Of a stretch of 64,000 nucleotides of DNA, positions 13,645-26,940 are shown piece by piece. Under the pieces are notes generated by a model. The model saw only the letters and a list, made by a program, of their open reading frames with translations, was not told the DNA's origin and ran no database searches. The stretch lies in contig OZ024745.1 in assembly GCA_964016885.1 (NCBI GenBank), positions 85,746,001-85,810,000 of the forward strand. Direction: 5' to 3'. This DNA comes from Eledone cirrhosa. Taxonomy: Eukaryota. The position numbers were made by a program, and so were the translations under genes. Each line of letters opens with the position of its first letter. Position 1 is the stretch's first letter.

Positions 13645-14441
13645 AACAACTAAACATAATCTTAACAATTTTAACAACTATAATAGGGAAACTTTATAAT
13701 AATTCGCAAAACAAAATAAGAAATAGAACTAGGAATATATTATGGTTCGCTCCTCCTTTCTCATTAAATATTAAAACTCCTATTGCTAAACTATTCTTTA
13801 AAGCTCTTGACAAATGCTTCCCTAGAACACATAGATATTACTCAATATTTAATAGACATACTATAAAATTAACTTATTCATCCACAAAAAATTTAGCGCA
13901 GAATATTAATAGAATTAATAATAGAAATTTAAAACCTAACCAAAATACCAATAATAACCCCAGCAATATCCAATTTACTAATAGAGCTCAATTTAATAAT
14001 ACAGCTCCTAGTTACTTAAATTTTGATAAATGTAACTGTAGAAATAAATCTAACTGTCCGTTAAATAACAATTGTTTAGCTAAAAATATAGTATATAATT
14101 GTAATGTAAAAACTAATTTAAATTCATTTAATTATGTAGGATCTGCTTCCACAGATTTTAAATCTCGTTTTAATAACCATAAATGCTCTTTTACGCATTT
14201 AAACAAAAAATCTACAACTTCTCTATCTAGCTTATTATGGGGCCTTAAATTAAAGAACGTTAAATATTCGTTACTTTGGAATATTATTTCAAAAGCTACT
14301 CCATTTAACTCTTCTTCCGAAAATTGCGATCTTTGTATAGAGGAAATATTCTTTATATTAAAAAGTAAAGATTCCCTGAACGTAAGAAGTTGCTGCAAAC
14401 ATAGATTGAATTCAACGTTTAAATATGAATTTAAAATGTAA
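13645..14441 (+). pseudogene. PLE thumb/linker plus GIY-YIG endonuclease
   Basis: WFAPPFS, FNRHTIKLTYS, CNCRNKSNCPLNNNC, IVYNC..YVGSASTDFKSRFNNH, CDLC. Confidence 0.85.
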
Positions 14442-14932
14442 TATATAACTCATTCTATTAAATATATTGAACCTATCGATAAATTATTAGATTCCTTCAT
14501 TTGACTGCTTAAAACTCTCATTATAAAAAAAAAATGTTCATAGAAAGTTTTTCTAGATAAACATACTGAAAGCTCTTAAAAGGGGAAAATATTTTCTTTG
14601 AAAGTTTCTCCTATTTTTGAAAGTTTCTCTTTCTTTTTCTTTGAAAATTTCTCATATGGTTATAAAAAATTAAGATAAACATACTGAGAGTTAAATATTA
14701 CATATATAAAAAATTTAAATTCATTTTTATACTGAATTTTTAGAGATATTCTTATTTTTAAAATTATACCTTATAATATTTTTTTTAATTATATTGCTTT
14801 AAAGTTATATTGCTTAACATTGTATGAATATATTTCCAAATCGTAATTCCTTTAAAACTATAATTCATTTTTATTTTATCTTATTTTATTTTTTATATAT
14901 TATGTACTTTAAATATATTATGTACTTTATTT

Positions 14933-15015
<83 letters not shown>

Positions 15016-16111
15016 ATGCATGTCTACCTGTATGTGTATATATATGTGTGTGTATCTATGTAGTGGTTGTGTATATGTATATATACATACAATTCGAATG
15101 CACTCTGTTATAAAGGATTTCTTACGGTTTATGCTAAACAAACTTATATAATAACAGTCACAACTACATAACAGGTGGATTTATTAGATATAAAATTTAT
15201 AAAATTTATAAAATTATAACTTACTATTAAATAATATAAGGTTTGTATAATCTGAAATTTCCTTTATTATCTTAACATTTATAACATTAAACGGAAAAAA
15301 TTAAACGAAATTTATAACATTTAATATAAGTAAATAACTTCGCTGTTTTGCTATTACATAGAAATGATTTTTCTCCGATTTTTTCTCCGATTTCTCGGAA
15401 TAATCTATAAGTTTAGAAAAATTCCTATATCTTAAACATAAAAAATATTTTATTGTATGTATATATATGTATGTCTATGTATATATATATATATGTATAT
15501 GTATATATATATCTGTGTGTGTGTGTGTATATATATATGAATATATTCTTTTAATAATATATAGTTTTAATAATATATAGATTTTAATAATATATAGATC
15601 TCAATTTTAATGTATAGATCTCAATAATTTAATTGATAATTTAATTGATAAATTAAACATTTAATCATATTTAAACACTGGATAAAATTTTCCAGTAATT
15701 ATTATTTATTTATTTTCCATTCACGCTTATTTACTCTTCCTAACTCATCCAATAAATATTTATTTTTTCACTTCATCTTAAAAGTTACGCTAATACAACA
15801 ACCTATCACTTAGGGCTTTCTCTTTCTCTTTCTCTTCTCTTTCTCTTTCTTTTTTTCTTCTCTTTCTCTTTCTCTTTCTCTTTCTCTTGTTTTCTTATTT
15901 TCCTCTTAGAGTTTGCTCTTTTTTCTTTTTTCTCTTTTTTCTCTTTTTCTTTTCTTCCCCTTTTTTCCATACTTCAACGGCTTATTTTAAATCTAATTTG
16001 CAGAATAGAATAAATAAATTTAATAACCCCACTATCCGGGAGCTTCCAACAGAAATGGTCTCCTTCTCTAAGGGTATGTCAATATTGATTTATAAAACTG
16101 ATCTATATTAT

Positions 16112-16174
16112 ATTTTATCTGATGAAAGCGCACCATTATTTAACTTGGTGTCCTTGAAATATGTATAATGTAAT
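16112..16174 (+). ncRNA. Type I hammerhead ribozyme (family C)
   Basis: attttat-CTGATGA..GAAA-tatgta-TA-atgtaat. Confidence 0.78.
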
Positions 16175-16309
16175 AAATATGGTTTTATAAATATAGTTTC
16201 CATTTGTTAATATATCGTATTTTTACTCCAATAATTTGTTGAGTGCTTTATATCAGCTATAAAAATATTTGCTTGTTGTATGCCAACAATTTAAATATAA
16301 CTTCTACAT

Positions 16310-17357
16310 ATACATCTCTATATATATATACATACACATAATCATACATATATTCACACGCACATACACACACATACATACACACATATATACACGCATA
16401 CATACGCATACACAAATATAGATATATGTACACACACCTACATACGCACACACACACAATGAATTATAAGAAAAAATATAATAATAAAAATACCGTCACA
16501 TAAGAAATAAATGTAAAAATGATTATAAACAGCGATACAGGCAACAAATAAATGAACAAACACACGTGGTAAGCAATACACGCAATTGCACATACACATA
16601 CATACATAAAAATAAATACATACACACACACACACACATACATATACACATACATACACATACACATATACATACACACACACACACATATATATATACA
16701 CATATAAATACATACATATACACACACACATAGATATAAATACATACACACACATGTATGTGTGTAAAACTCATTTAGATGTATTCATTGAACCTTGTTT
16801 AACTCTTAAATATATATATATATATATATACACATACGTATATATATATATATATATATATAACACACACACACACAAATATATAAGAAAATACATAAAT
16901 ATTATATATATATAAAAATAAAAAGGTGAAAGGGGTAAACAAATAGTTGGGAATACGACAAATAATAAATAAATAAATAATTAGAAAAGGATATAAATGT
17001 TTATAGCTGATTTAGAGCACTCCACAAGTTCCTGGAGCAAATGATCAATGAGAATAAGCATTAAATCACTGTATGTAATTATGCATATACATACACATAC
17101 ATATATGCATACACATATATATATACACACACACACACACAACCATACAATTATAAAAAGATATACATACATATACATATATATAGAGATATAGGAAAAA
17201 GTATGACCCCGACGGCAAAGCTCAGGCCGTTTCTGAGGCTATTATATATATACACACATAAACAATTATATAAAAATACACATATACACACACCCACACA
17301 TATCTACAAAAAGTTACGTCACCACCTTAATAAACATACACACACACAAATATAAAA

Positions 17358-17396
<39 letters not shown>

Positions 17397-17520
17397 CACA
17401 CACAAATACAACAGAAGCATATAAAATACAATTATATACACACATACATATACATACAGATATATATAATTATATATACACACAATATACATACCTATAT
17501 ATATATATATAGAGAGAGAG
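16310..17520 (-). mobile_element. Microsatellite-rich non-coding repeat (family D plus family E interior), inverted relative to 19985-21290
   Basis: Unique islands (ttgcttaccacgtgtg..., aagagttaaacaaggttcaatg..., ttgtggagtgctctaaatcagc...) recur in the same order on the + strand at 19985-21290. Confidence 0.7.
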
Positions 17521-19985
17521 ATTACATGAAACAAAGTTCTGTTTAAATCATTTATCTGCTTATAATTGTTTCTTTCAAACCGAGGTTTGAGTCTTCGGAG
17601 CAATTATTCAGTGATTTTTAACATACTTGACCTCCTTTTCAACACATGAGACATATAGAAACATATGTATATATTGACCCACAGTGGGTTGACATCCATT
17701 ATAATAATATAGCATGGTAATTTACATACAAAGATTACAGTCATATTAAAGGACAAAATTAAAGTTAAAATTAAAATTAAAAATTAAAATTAAAATAAAA
17801 CATTGGCAGTCTACTAAGATAAAGCAAAAGGAAAGTTTGGAGTAGCCAGTGTATGCAACAGTCACACGTGTGGCATGCACACGTGTCCTATTTATACAAG
17901 ATTATAGTGCGGCAGATTGTTACAAGTAAAACAAGCAGTCAAAGCAGGCAATCAACAGCATCATGGGGGTGAACTGGTTAAGCATTATTTACACACACCT
18001 GTACGATATAGAAGCCCGTGTGTGGAGAAACACCAAAAATATCAAAAATATTACAAATGAGAAGCAAAACAGCACCACTGTCCTCGTACACACCACCACT
18101 CTCACAATCCAGGAAACGCAATTTATAGACTACATGCCCATCTCACAATCCACGATGATTCAACATTGGGTGCCTGGTGAACCATGCTAGAACATCACAG
18201 CTTGTCGTTCTTTAATTCGATTCATAGATCAGGTTGTTTTTGTTGTGAGAGATGACATCGTATTATATTCCGGAAGTGTGTGTGTGATTAAGGGGAGTTA
18301 ATGCGCAAGGGGAGGTAACTAGCTGATTTCTATAGCTAAATTTATTATCCTAATGTACATTAATGGTGTCTCAAATGAGTTCCCATCATATAAGGTTATA
18401 AACAATTTCTAAATTTAAGTATATTATCTATAAATTAGAGTGTAGTCTATCGAGAAGTACTAAAGGTGTTCATATTAGGATGATTACCTTTTATCATAGA
18501 GTGCCGCCCCCACCGAACATTCCACATGAAGAGTCAGATCTCCAAATCAATTATCTTTGTAAGTGTAGTCCACCCCCAGGACCTGGCAGGGTCTTATTAG
18601 AATCACTTCTATATAAGACTCCTGGTAAGTTCTGGGTCATTGCATGACTGATTGCATGGCAAAGTTAAATATCACTAGGGTAGTCAGAGATCAATTCTCC
18701 CTTACAAAGACACCGATATGACCATCAAGTCATACATGTATTTATAACTCATACATCACCTGTACATAATTCATTGCACTCAGCATATAGATTATATAGC
18801 TCTTTTATGTTAATAAATTAATTACTTAATCTTCCATTTATCCAATGATGGCACTACATACACAGGACAATGTTAGCACAACCAATTCCGTGCTTAAAGT
18901 TTACATTGGTGTAATGTAGTCTAAGCAATTGAAGGCCAATATACCAAAAGTAGAAGTACATGGGGATATCTCCAAGGTAAAAGGTACTAGGAGGATGTCA
19001 CTATTTGCGTTAAAGAGGATTAATGGGTGTGGAGATGAGGTGTAAGGTGTGCCCCTGATGATTGCTGCTGGAGGTGGTGACGGGTTCAAGTCTGACATTG
19101 TTATATATTGGGTTTAAAGTTTTGGAAGGAGTGTCGGAAGCGGTGTTGGCAAGACGCGAACACTACTGATTTTTTACTAAGGAGGTTATGGTTTGAGAAG
19201 ATGATAGTATGGGTCTCTAGTAGACGGCTAATGTTGGGAATAAGATTGTTTAAAACTATAGGGGGATGGCAAGACTCTTTGTGTATATATCTAAGATTTT
19301 CGTTAGGTTTATGATAAGGTTTAAAAGAGGCAGTAAGTAGATCAAGATTAATGTCAAGAAAGTTAGCATTGGTAAGGTTCGTATCTATAGTAATTTTAAG
19401 GTTAAGATTAGCAAAAGTATTGATTAAATCTTTACGGAATTTATCAAGGTTATGGCCGTTGGTGGTATGAGAAACTGCCAATCCGTCGTCACGGTATAAA
19501 CCGATATTATGGGAAGGAAATTTCTCTTTGAGGGTGTGGAGAAGGAATAATTCTACTAAGTCAATTCTACATCCGCACTGTCATTTGAACCCATTGCAAC
19601 ATCAAAAGAGTTTTCAGGGTTTGACTTTTTAACCCAAATACTTTCATTAGTAAAGAGTAAAGTTTTTCTAGCATGAAAGATAATGTCTTCTTCTAATTTA
19701 GAAATATTAATGAAGGGTCTTGCAAAATCTAAGGCTTTAGTTAATAAGGAAACGGTAATAGAGGGTAAATATCAACAATATCAAATTGGGTAAATCTACA
19801 CTTATTTTTACCTTATATATTATTAAACCAAGAAATAACAGAGGATGTATTTAACCATTGTGATAAGTCAGTCTTAGTTCAAATTTGGACAATTATTTTT
19901 TAAGATTTTTTTACTTGCAAGACCAACTTCAGATTTAGACGGGTTAATCAGTCTACAACTAGGTCGATTAGTAAAGTCTAATTTG
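17521..19985 (-). mobile_element. YRDD-type PLE remnant with internal deletion and long putative 3' UTR
   Basis: RT motifs CRLINPSKSEVG, QFDIVD, FDVAMGSNDSA, IGLYRDDGL, FLDINLD at 19200-19985; extent of the 3' UTR is uncertain. Confidence 0.75.
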
Positions 19986-20506
19986 TGTATATATATATAT
20001 GTGTGTGTGTTTTATATTTGTGCGTGTTTATTTTTATTAAGGTGGTGACGTAACTTTTTGAAGATATGTGTGGGTGTGCGTATATGTGTATTTTTATATA
20101 ATTGTTTATATGTGTATATATATAATATCCTCAAGAAACGGCTTGAGCTCTGCCGTCGGGGTCATACTTTTTCCTATATGTATATATATATGTATATGTA
20201 TGTATATGTGTGTGTATTTGTATGGTTGTGTGTGTGACTGTGTGTCTGTGTGTGTATATATGTGTATGTATATATGTATGTGTATGTATATGCATAATTA
20301 CATACAGTGATTTAATGCTTAATTTCATTGATCATATGCTCCAGGATCTTGTTGAGTGCTCTAAATCAGCTATAAACATTTATACCCTTTTCTAATTATT
20401 TATTTATTTATTATTTGTCGTATTCCCAACTATTTATTTACCCTTTTCACTTTTTTTTTTATATATATGTAATATTTATGTATTTTCTTATATATTTGTG
20501 TGGGTG

Positions 20507-20605
<99 letters not shown>

Positions 20606-21284
20606 TGTGTGTGTATAAGGGTATGTCAATATTTATTTATAAAACTGCTCTATATTATATTTTATCTGATGGAAGCAAACCATAATTTAACTTGGTCTCC
20701 TTGAAATATGTATAATGAAATAAATATGGTTATATAAATATAGTTTCCATTTGTTAATATCGTATGTGTATATATATATATATATATTTAAGAGTTAAAC
20801 AAGGTTCAATGAATACATCTAAGAATGAGTTTTACACACATACATGTGTGTGTATGTATTTATATGTATGTGGGTGTGTATGTATATGTATTTTTATGTG
20901 TGTATGTATATATATGTGTGTGTGTGTATGTGTATGTGTATGTATGTGTATATGTATATGTATGTGTGTGTATGTATTTATTTTTATGTATGTATGTGTA
21001 TGTGCAATTGTGTGTATTGCTTACCACGTGTGTTTGTTCATTTATTTGTTGCCTGTATCGCTGTAACTTTATAATAATTTTTACATTTATTTTTTATTCT
21101 CATGTGACGGTATTTTTATTATTATATTTTTTCTTATAATTAATTGTGTGCGTGCGTATGTAGGTGTGTGTACATATATCTATATTTGTGTATGCGTATG
21201 TATGCGTGTATATATGTGTGTATGTATGTGTGTGTATGTATGTGTGTATATATGTATGATTATGTGTATGTATATATATATATA

Positions 21285-21361
<77 letters not shown>

Positions 21362-21670
21362 GTGTGTGTGTGTATTTGTACGTGTATGTATATGGGTATG
21401 TATGTGTATATATACGTATGTATATATATGTGTATGTATATATATGTGTGTGTATGTAATTGTGTGTGTGTGTGTGTGCATGTGTGTTTATTTTTCCTTT
21501 CCTTCTTCCTTTTCCAGCCTCACTTTCATATAGATTATATTTTTGTTTTTAAAATCCAATGTCAATAAATACACCAGGATTTTTTCATTCTGATGATTGA
21601 AAACAAAATTTGTTTGCTATCAAGAAACCACTAAATGAAATAATTGCCTTATGTTGTTTATTACATAACT
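19985..21670 (+). mobile_element. Family D + family C fragment (20618-20761, HHR core mutated to CTGATGG) + family E composite
   Basis: Segment-by-segment similarity to the other copies in the window. Confidence 0.7.
21583..21640 (+). ncRNA. Type I hammerhead ribozyme (family E), stem III eroded
   Basis: tttcatt-CTGATGA..GAAA-ccac-TA-aatgaaa. Confidence 0.7.
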
Positions 21671-21690
21671 ACATATATATTATATATATA

Positions 21691-23957
21691 TTCTTTTACT
21701 CTTTTACTCTTTTGCCTGTTTCAGCCATCCGGCTGAGGCCATGCTGGGGCACCGCCCTTGTTGCTACACATTTTATCTCCAGCCTGTATAGGTTGGCCAC
21801 TGGTGTAAGAGCGAGTTTGTTGCTGCTGCCCTTAGCTTTCCCGCGTGCCTTGCTGTGGCCTCATCCGGGATCCTGGATAGCAAGGTGTCGAGATGTTTCT
21901 TGAAGACATCCACCTCCACGTCATGCAAATCTCTCAGATCCCTCGGCAGCTTGTTGAAGAGTTAAGGGCACTTGAATCCCAGGCTATTGCAATACCTGCT
22001 CCTTATTCTAGATGTGGAAGACGGGACCTTTGGCACCACACAGTGACGTCCTGTTAGACGGTTGGTCCAGCTCCCAATGCCACAGTTTGGTGCTAGTCCC
22101 TCCAGGATTTTCCAAATGTAGATCACTGCGTATCTCTCCCGTCTTCGTTCCAATGAGTAGAGGTTCAGTTCCTTTAGCCTCTCCCAGTAGCTTGTCTCCT
22201 TCATCGTGGCAATCCTCTTGGTGTAACTTCGCTGGATTGCCTCAAGTTCTGTGGTTAGTTTGACACTATGGAGTGACCACAACTGGGAGCAGTAGTCCAG
22301 GCGGCTTAGGACAAATGTCTTCCATAGTGTCAACATGGTGTATCGGTCTCTTGTCCGGATAGTCCTCAAGATCCAGCCAGCGAGTCGTCTGCACATTGTC
22401 GCCACTTTCATGATGTGTGAAGAAAAAGATACATCATCGCTCATGTCTATGCCCAGGTCTCGTATCGATTTTGACACGGGGATATCGGTCCCTCCTGGTC
22501 CTGTGTAGTTGTGTTGTACTATATTTGTGTTTGCAGGTTTGTTTGGAGGTTTGTATTGTAGGGCTTTGAATTTGCTAGCATTAAACCGCATGTTGTTTTC
22601 TTCGGCCCATTTGTATATGGCATCCAGATCTTGTTGTAAAAGGGCAGCGTTTGCTGGGTTTTTGATTGCCTGTGCTACTTTAGTATCATCAGCATAGCTA
22701 GTGAGGGATGTTGTTGTATGTACTACAGAGGGCATGTCTGAGAGAGCCACCAAAAACAGTAGTAGTCCCAGGACTGTCCCAAGGGGCACCCCACATGTTA
22801 TCGGTGCTTCCTTTGAGAGGGCCCCGCTTGCTGCGACTGTCTGGCTTCTGTCCTTTAGGAAGTCATGCAGCCACTCACCTACTTTTCCAATTATGCCGAG
22901 TCCGTGTAGTTTGTGACATATCATTCCGTGCTCGACCTTGTCAAAGGCCTTCGCAAAGTCAAGATATATCACGTCCACATGTGAGCTGTCTAGTAGTTGT
23001 TTCAGTACCCAGTCGTAGTGATGTAGCAGCTGTGTAAGGCAGCTTCTTCCTGGGCGGAAGCCATGTTGTGTGCTAGTCAGGCGGTCATTTTCCTTGAGGA
23101 AAGTGATCAGTTTCTTTCTGACGACTCCCTCCATGACCTTACTGATATGCGACGTCAGGGAGACTGGCTTATAGTTTTTAGCCACCGCTCTGCTACCTCC
23201 TTTATGGATAGGTAGTGTTATGCCTTCTTTCAGCTCCCTGGGTAGTACACCGCTAGCCAAGGAGCTTCTGAAGAGCATCTTCAGTGGAGTTGCTAAGGCC
23301 TGCTTACATGTTTTTAAGAGAACTGCTGGGAATCCATCAGGTCCAGCAGCTGAGTCTGTTCTAATTTCATCTATGGCGTACACCACATCCTCCTCCGTTA
23401 TATCTATGTGGTTGATGGTCGCCATTTCTTCATGTAGTGTTGTGGTATCAAATAACTCCACTGGCTTCGTTATTTGCATGTGCCTCAGTGGACATGTGAA
23501 CAGACTTTTGTACTGGTCGTCCAGTATTTCACATATCTCTTGGGGGTTTTCGGTTAATGAACCGTCCGTATGGAAGAGTGGCCCAATCTTGCAGTGGACC
23601 GAGGCAGTTTCTTTTGAAAATTTAAAGAAGGCCTTAGGGTTTGTTTTAATGTTTTCTATGCCCCTGTTCTCTTTCTTTGCCCTCTCATTTTCATGGGAAA
23701 GTTTGAGTGCAATCTCGGTGCCAAGTAGTGCACGTTTCAAAGAGGATTCCTTCTTGTTTTTGTTTTCTTGTTGAGCATTCTACTGGTTTGAGAGCTTGGT
23801 TCTACGTCTCATAATGATTTTCCTATCTCTGGGAATACGATTTTAGTGTCTGTTTGCCTTTTTCTCCGGGACAAACTTGTTTCATATAGTGTGTATCGTT
23901 ATCATCAAGTGTTGAAATTGTGTGTTAGTGTCTTGTGTGGCGATGTTTTCACTCCAT
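21691..23957 (-). mobile_element. 5'-truncated CR1/L2-group LINE with (GAGTAAAA)n-type tail
   Basis: 592-aa RT ORF, 3' UTR with stem-loop and tandem tail ttcttttactcttttactc at 21691-21712. Confidence 0.85.
21962..23740 (-). CDS. LINE ORF2 reverse transcriptase (partial, probably non-functional)
   Basis: AAGPDGFP, NYKPVSLTS, QHGFRPGRSC, VIYLDFAKAFDKV, GVPLGTVLG, YADD, RDLGI, SRLDYCSQLW. Confidence 0.88.
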   Translation of the reverse strand: MKRALLGTEIALKLSHENERAKKENRGIENIKTNPKAFFKFSKETASVHCKIGPLFHTDGSLTENPQEICEILDDQYKSLFTCPLRHMQITKPVELFDTTTLHEEMATINHIDITEEDVVYAIDEIRTDSAAGPDGFPAVLLKTCKQALATPLKMLFRSSLASGVLPRELKEGITLPIHKGGSRAVAKNYKPVSLTSHISKVMEGVVRKKLITFLKENDRLTSTQHGFRPGRSCLTQLLHHYDWVLKQLLDSSHVDVIYLDFAKAFDKVEHGMICHKLHGLGIIGKVGEWLHDFLKDRSQTVAASGALSKEAPITCGVPLGTVLGLLLFLVALSDMPSVVHTTTSLTSYADDTKVAQAIKNPANAALLQQDLDAIYKWAEENNMRFNASKFKALQYKPPNKPANTNIVQHNYTGPGGTDIPVSKSIRDLGIDMSDDVSFSSHIMKVATMCRRLAGWILRTIRTRDRYTMLTLWKTFVLSRLDYCSQLWSLHSVKLTTELEAIQRSYTKRIATMKETSYWERLKELNLYSLERRRERYAVIYIWKILEGLAPNCGIGSWTNRLTGRHCVVPKVPSSTSRIRSRYCNSLGFKCP

Positions 23958-24099
23958 GTTTGCTTTATATATATATATGCATATTATATAATATATATAT
24001 TATGTTTGCTTTATATATATATATGTATAATATATAATATATATATTATGTTTGCTTTGTATATATATTTCATATATATATATATATATATATTATATG

Positions 24100-25590
24100 G
24101 AAAGTTATATTTAAATTGTTGGGTTACAACTAGTAAATATTTATAACTGATATAAAAGCACTCAACAAGTATTTGGAGTATATTTACGATATTAAATAAA
24201 TGGAAACTATATTTATAAAACCATATCTATTTCATTATATATATTTCAGGGATATCATATTAACAATATGTTATGCCTTCCTCAGACAAAATACAATATA
24301 GACAGTTTTATAGATAAATAGATTTGACATACCGTTCAACATCGACTTGTATTTGAGAAAGTTGATTTGGCAGTGAAAAATTGTAAACAGAAAGAAAGAA
24401 AGAGAGAAAGAAGGAAAGAAAGAAAGAAAATGAAGAAAAAGAAGAAAAAGAAGAAATGCATGTAACAAAATAGAGAGATGGAAAGATAGATAAAGAGAAG
24501 AACTTCATGTAAAGAAACAGAGAGAGATATATATATAGAGAGAGGAAATAGATAGAGATAGATATATATAGAGAAAAGTAGGTAGTTGGAACATATCAAT
24601 GATACATTTATTTATTTATTTATTTATTTAGCTCTAGTATCAATGTAAGGGAGATATATGTGGTTAGGGAAGAAACCAGCCGTTATATAGAGAGAAAAAT
24701 GAAAAGTAACCAGACATAGGCGAGGCATAATTTAAAAACCCTATGTTTTAATGTAGAAGTATAAAAACCAGGCGCTATAATGTAAATATCAGTATTCCTG
24801 AATGAGACACGTATCCATAATGTGTGAAAAGTAATGATCTTATGTTTAGTTTTAAAAATAGTAGTTATCATATAAACATATAAACATATGAATTTTTAAA
24901 ACTAAACATAAGATCATTACTTTTCACACATTATGGATACGTGTCTCATTCAGGAATACTGATATTTACATTATAGCGCCTGGTTTTTATACGTACTAAT
25001 ACTTCTACATTAAAACATAGGGTTTTTAAATTATGCCTCGCCTATGTCTGGTTACTTTTCATTTTTCTCTCTATATAACGGCTGGTTTCTTCCCTAACCA
25101 CATATATCTCCCTTACATTAATACTAGAGCTAAATAAATAAATAAATAAATAAATGTATCATTGATATGTTCCAACTACCTACTTTTCTCTATATATATC
25201 TATCTCTATCTATTTCCTCTCTCTATATATATATCTCTCTCTGTTTCTTTACATGAAGTTCTTCTCTTTATCTATCTTTCCATCTCTCTATTTTGTTACA
25301 TGCATTTCTTCTTTTTCTTCTTTTTCTTCATTTTCTTTCTTTCTTTCCTTCTTTCTCTCTTTCTTTCTTTCTGTTTACAATTTTTCACTGCCAAATCAAC
25401 TTTCTCAAATACAAGTCGATGTTGAACGGTATGTCAAATCTATTTATCTATAAAACTGTCTATATTGTATTTTGTCTGAGGAAGGCATAACATATTGTTA
25501 ATATGATATCCCTGAAATATATATAATGAAATAGATATGGTTTTATAAATATAGTTTCCATTTATTTAATATCGTAAATATACTCCAAAT
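24100..25590. mobile_element. Family C-related pseudo-LTR (C2) as an inverted repeat of about 690-bp arms (24171-24859 / 24893-25590)
   Basis: Identical ORF translations on opposite strands; 10-bp insertion in the right arm; an HHR in each arm. Confidence 0.85.
25469..25532 (+). ncRNA. Type I hammerhead ribozyme (C2); mirror copy at 24229-24292 (-)
   Basis: attttgt-CTGAGGA-agg..cct-GAAA-tatata-TA-atgaaat. Confidence 0.78.
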
Positions 25591-25658
25591 ATATATTTAT
25601 TATATATATATATATATATATTTTATATATATAAATATTATATATATATATATTAATA

Positions 25659-25846
25659 GGGCGGTGAATTGGCAGTGTCGGTAGAGGGTTGGACGTCATG
25701 CTTTGTAGCATAGTTACGTCCATTTACAGTCTCAGTTCAAATCCCGCAGAGGTTAAATTTGCCTTTCATCCTTACGGGGTCGATAAAATAAAGTACCAGT
25801 AATGTTCTGGGTATTTGCTGGCCTGGTGCCTAAATTCGAAACAATT
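25659..25846 (+). mobile_element. tRNA-derived SINE
   Basis: A box TGGCAGTGTCGG, B box GTTCAAATCC, body gcctttcatcc..ggggtcgataaaataaagtaccag; second copy at 51391-51573. Confidence 0.85.
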
Positions 25847-26076
25847 ATATAAATATATTTTATATATATATATATTATATATATATATTTTATATATATA
25901 TATTTTATATATATATATATTTGATATATATATATATTATATATACATATTTTATATATATATATATATATTATATATATATATTTTTTATATATATATA
26001 TTTTATATATATATTTATTATATATATTTATATTTTATATATATACATATATTTTATATATATATATATATATTTA

Positions 26077-26108
<32 letters not shown>

Positions 26109-26291
26109 ATATATATATATATATTATATATATATTATATATATATATTATATATATATATATATATTACATATATATATATATTATATATATATATATA
26201 TATTATATATATGTATTATATATATATATTATATATATATATATATTATATATATATAAATATACATTATATATATATATATTATATATAT

Positions 26292-26723
<432 letters not shown>

Positions 26724-26776
26724 ATATATTACATATATATATATTATATATATATATTATATTATAATATATATAA

Positions 26777-26841
26777 AGTCGATAAAATAAAGTACCAGTA
26801 ATGCACTGGGTATTGCTGGCCTTGTGGCTAAAGTAGAAACA
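26777..26841 (+). mobile_element. 3' fragment of the tRNA-SINE
   Basis: gtcgataaaataaagtaccag...agtagaaaca. Confidence 0.8.
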
Positions 26842-26849
26842 TTTATATA

Positions 26850-26940
<91 letters not shown>

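Larger units (their letters stand above)
8922..16310 (+). mobile_element. 5'-truncated YRDD-type PLE (probably Hydra clade) with inverted 5' pseudo-LTR (8922-9834) and 3' pseudo-LTR (15385-16310), interrupted by a Tx1-like LINE
   Basis: 8922-9834 is the reverse complement of about 15385-16220; RT fragment 9833-10385 and endonuclease fragment 13645-14441 flank the LINE. Confidence 0.85.

Noticed and set aside
24100-25590. MITE or DNA transposon terminal inverted repeats
   Set aside because: Arms are unequal, carry HHRs and resemble PLE pseudo-LTR family C, which fits PLE fold-back integration
25659-25750. tRNA gene
   Set aside because: A and B boxes are followed by a SINE body and tail and the sequence is dispersed; no clean cloverleaf
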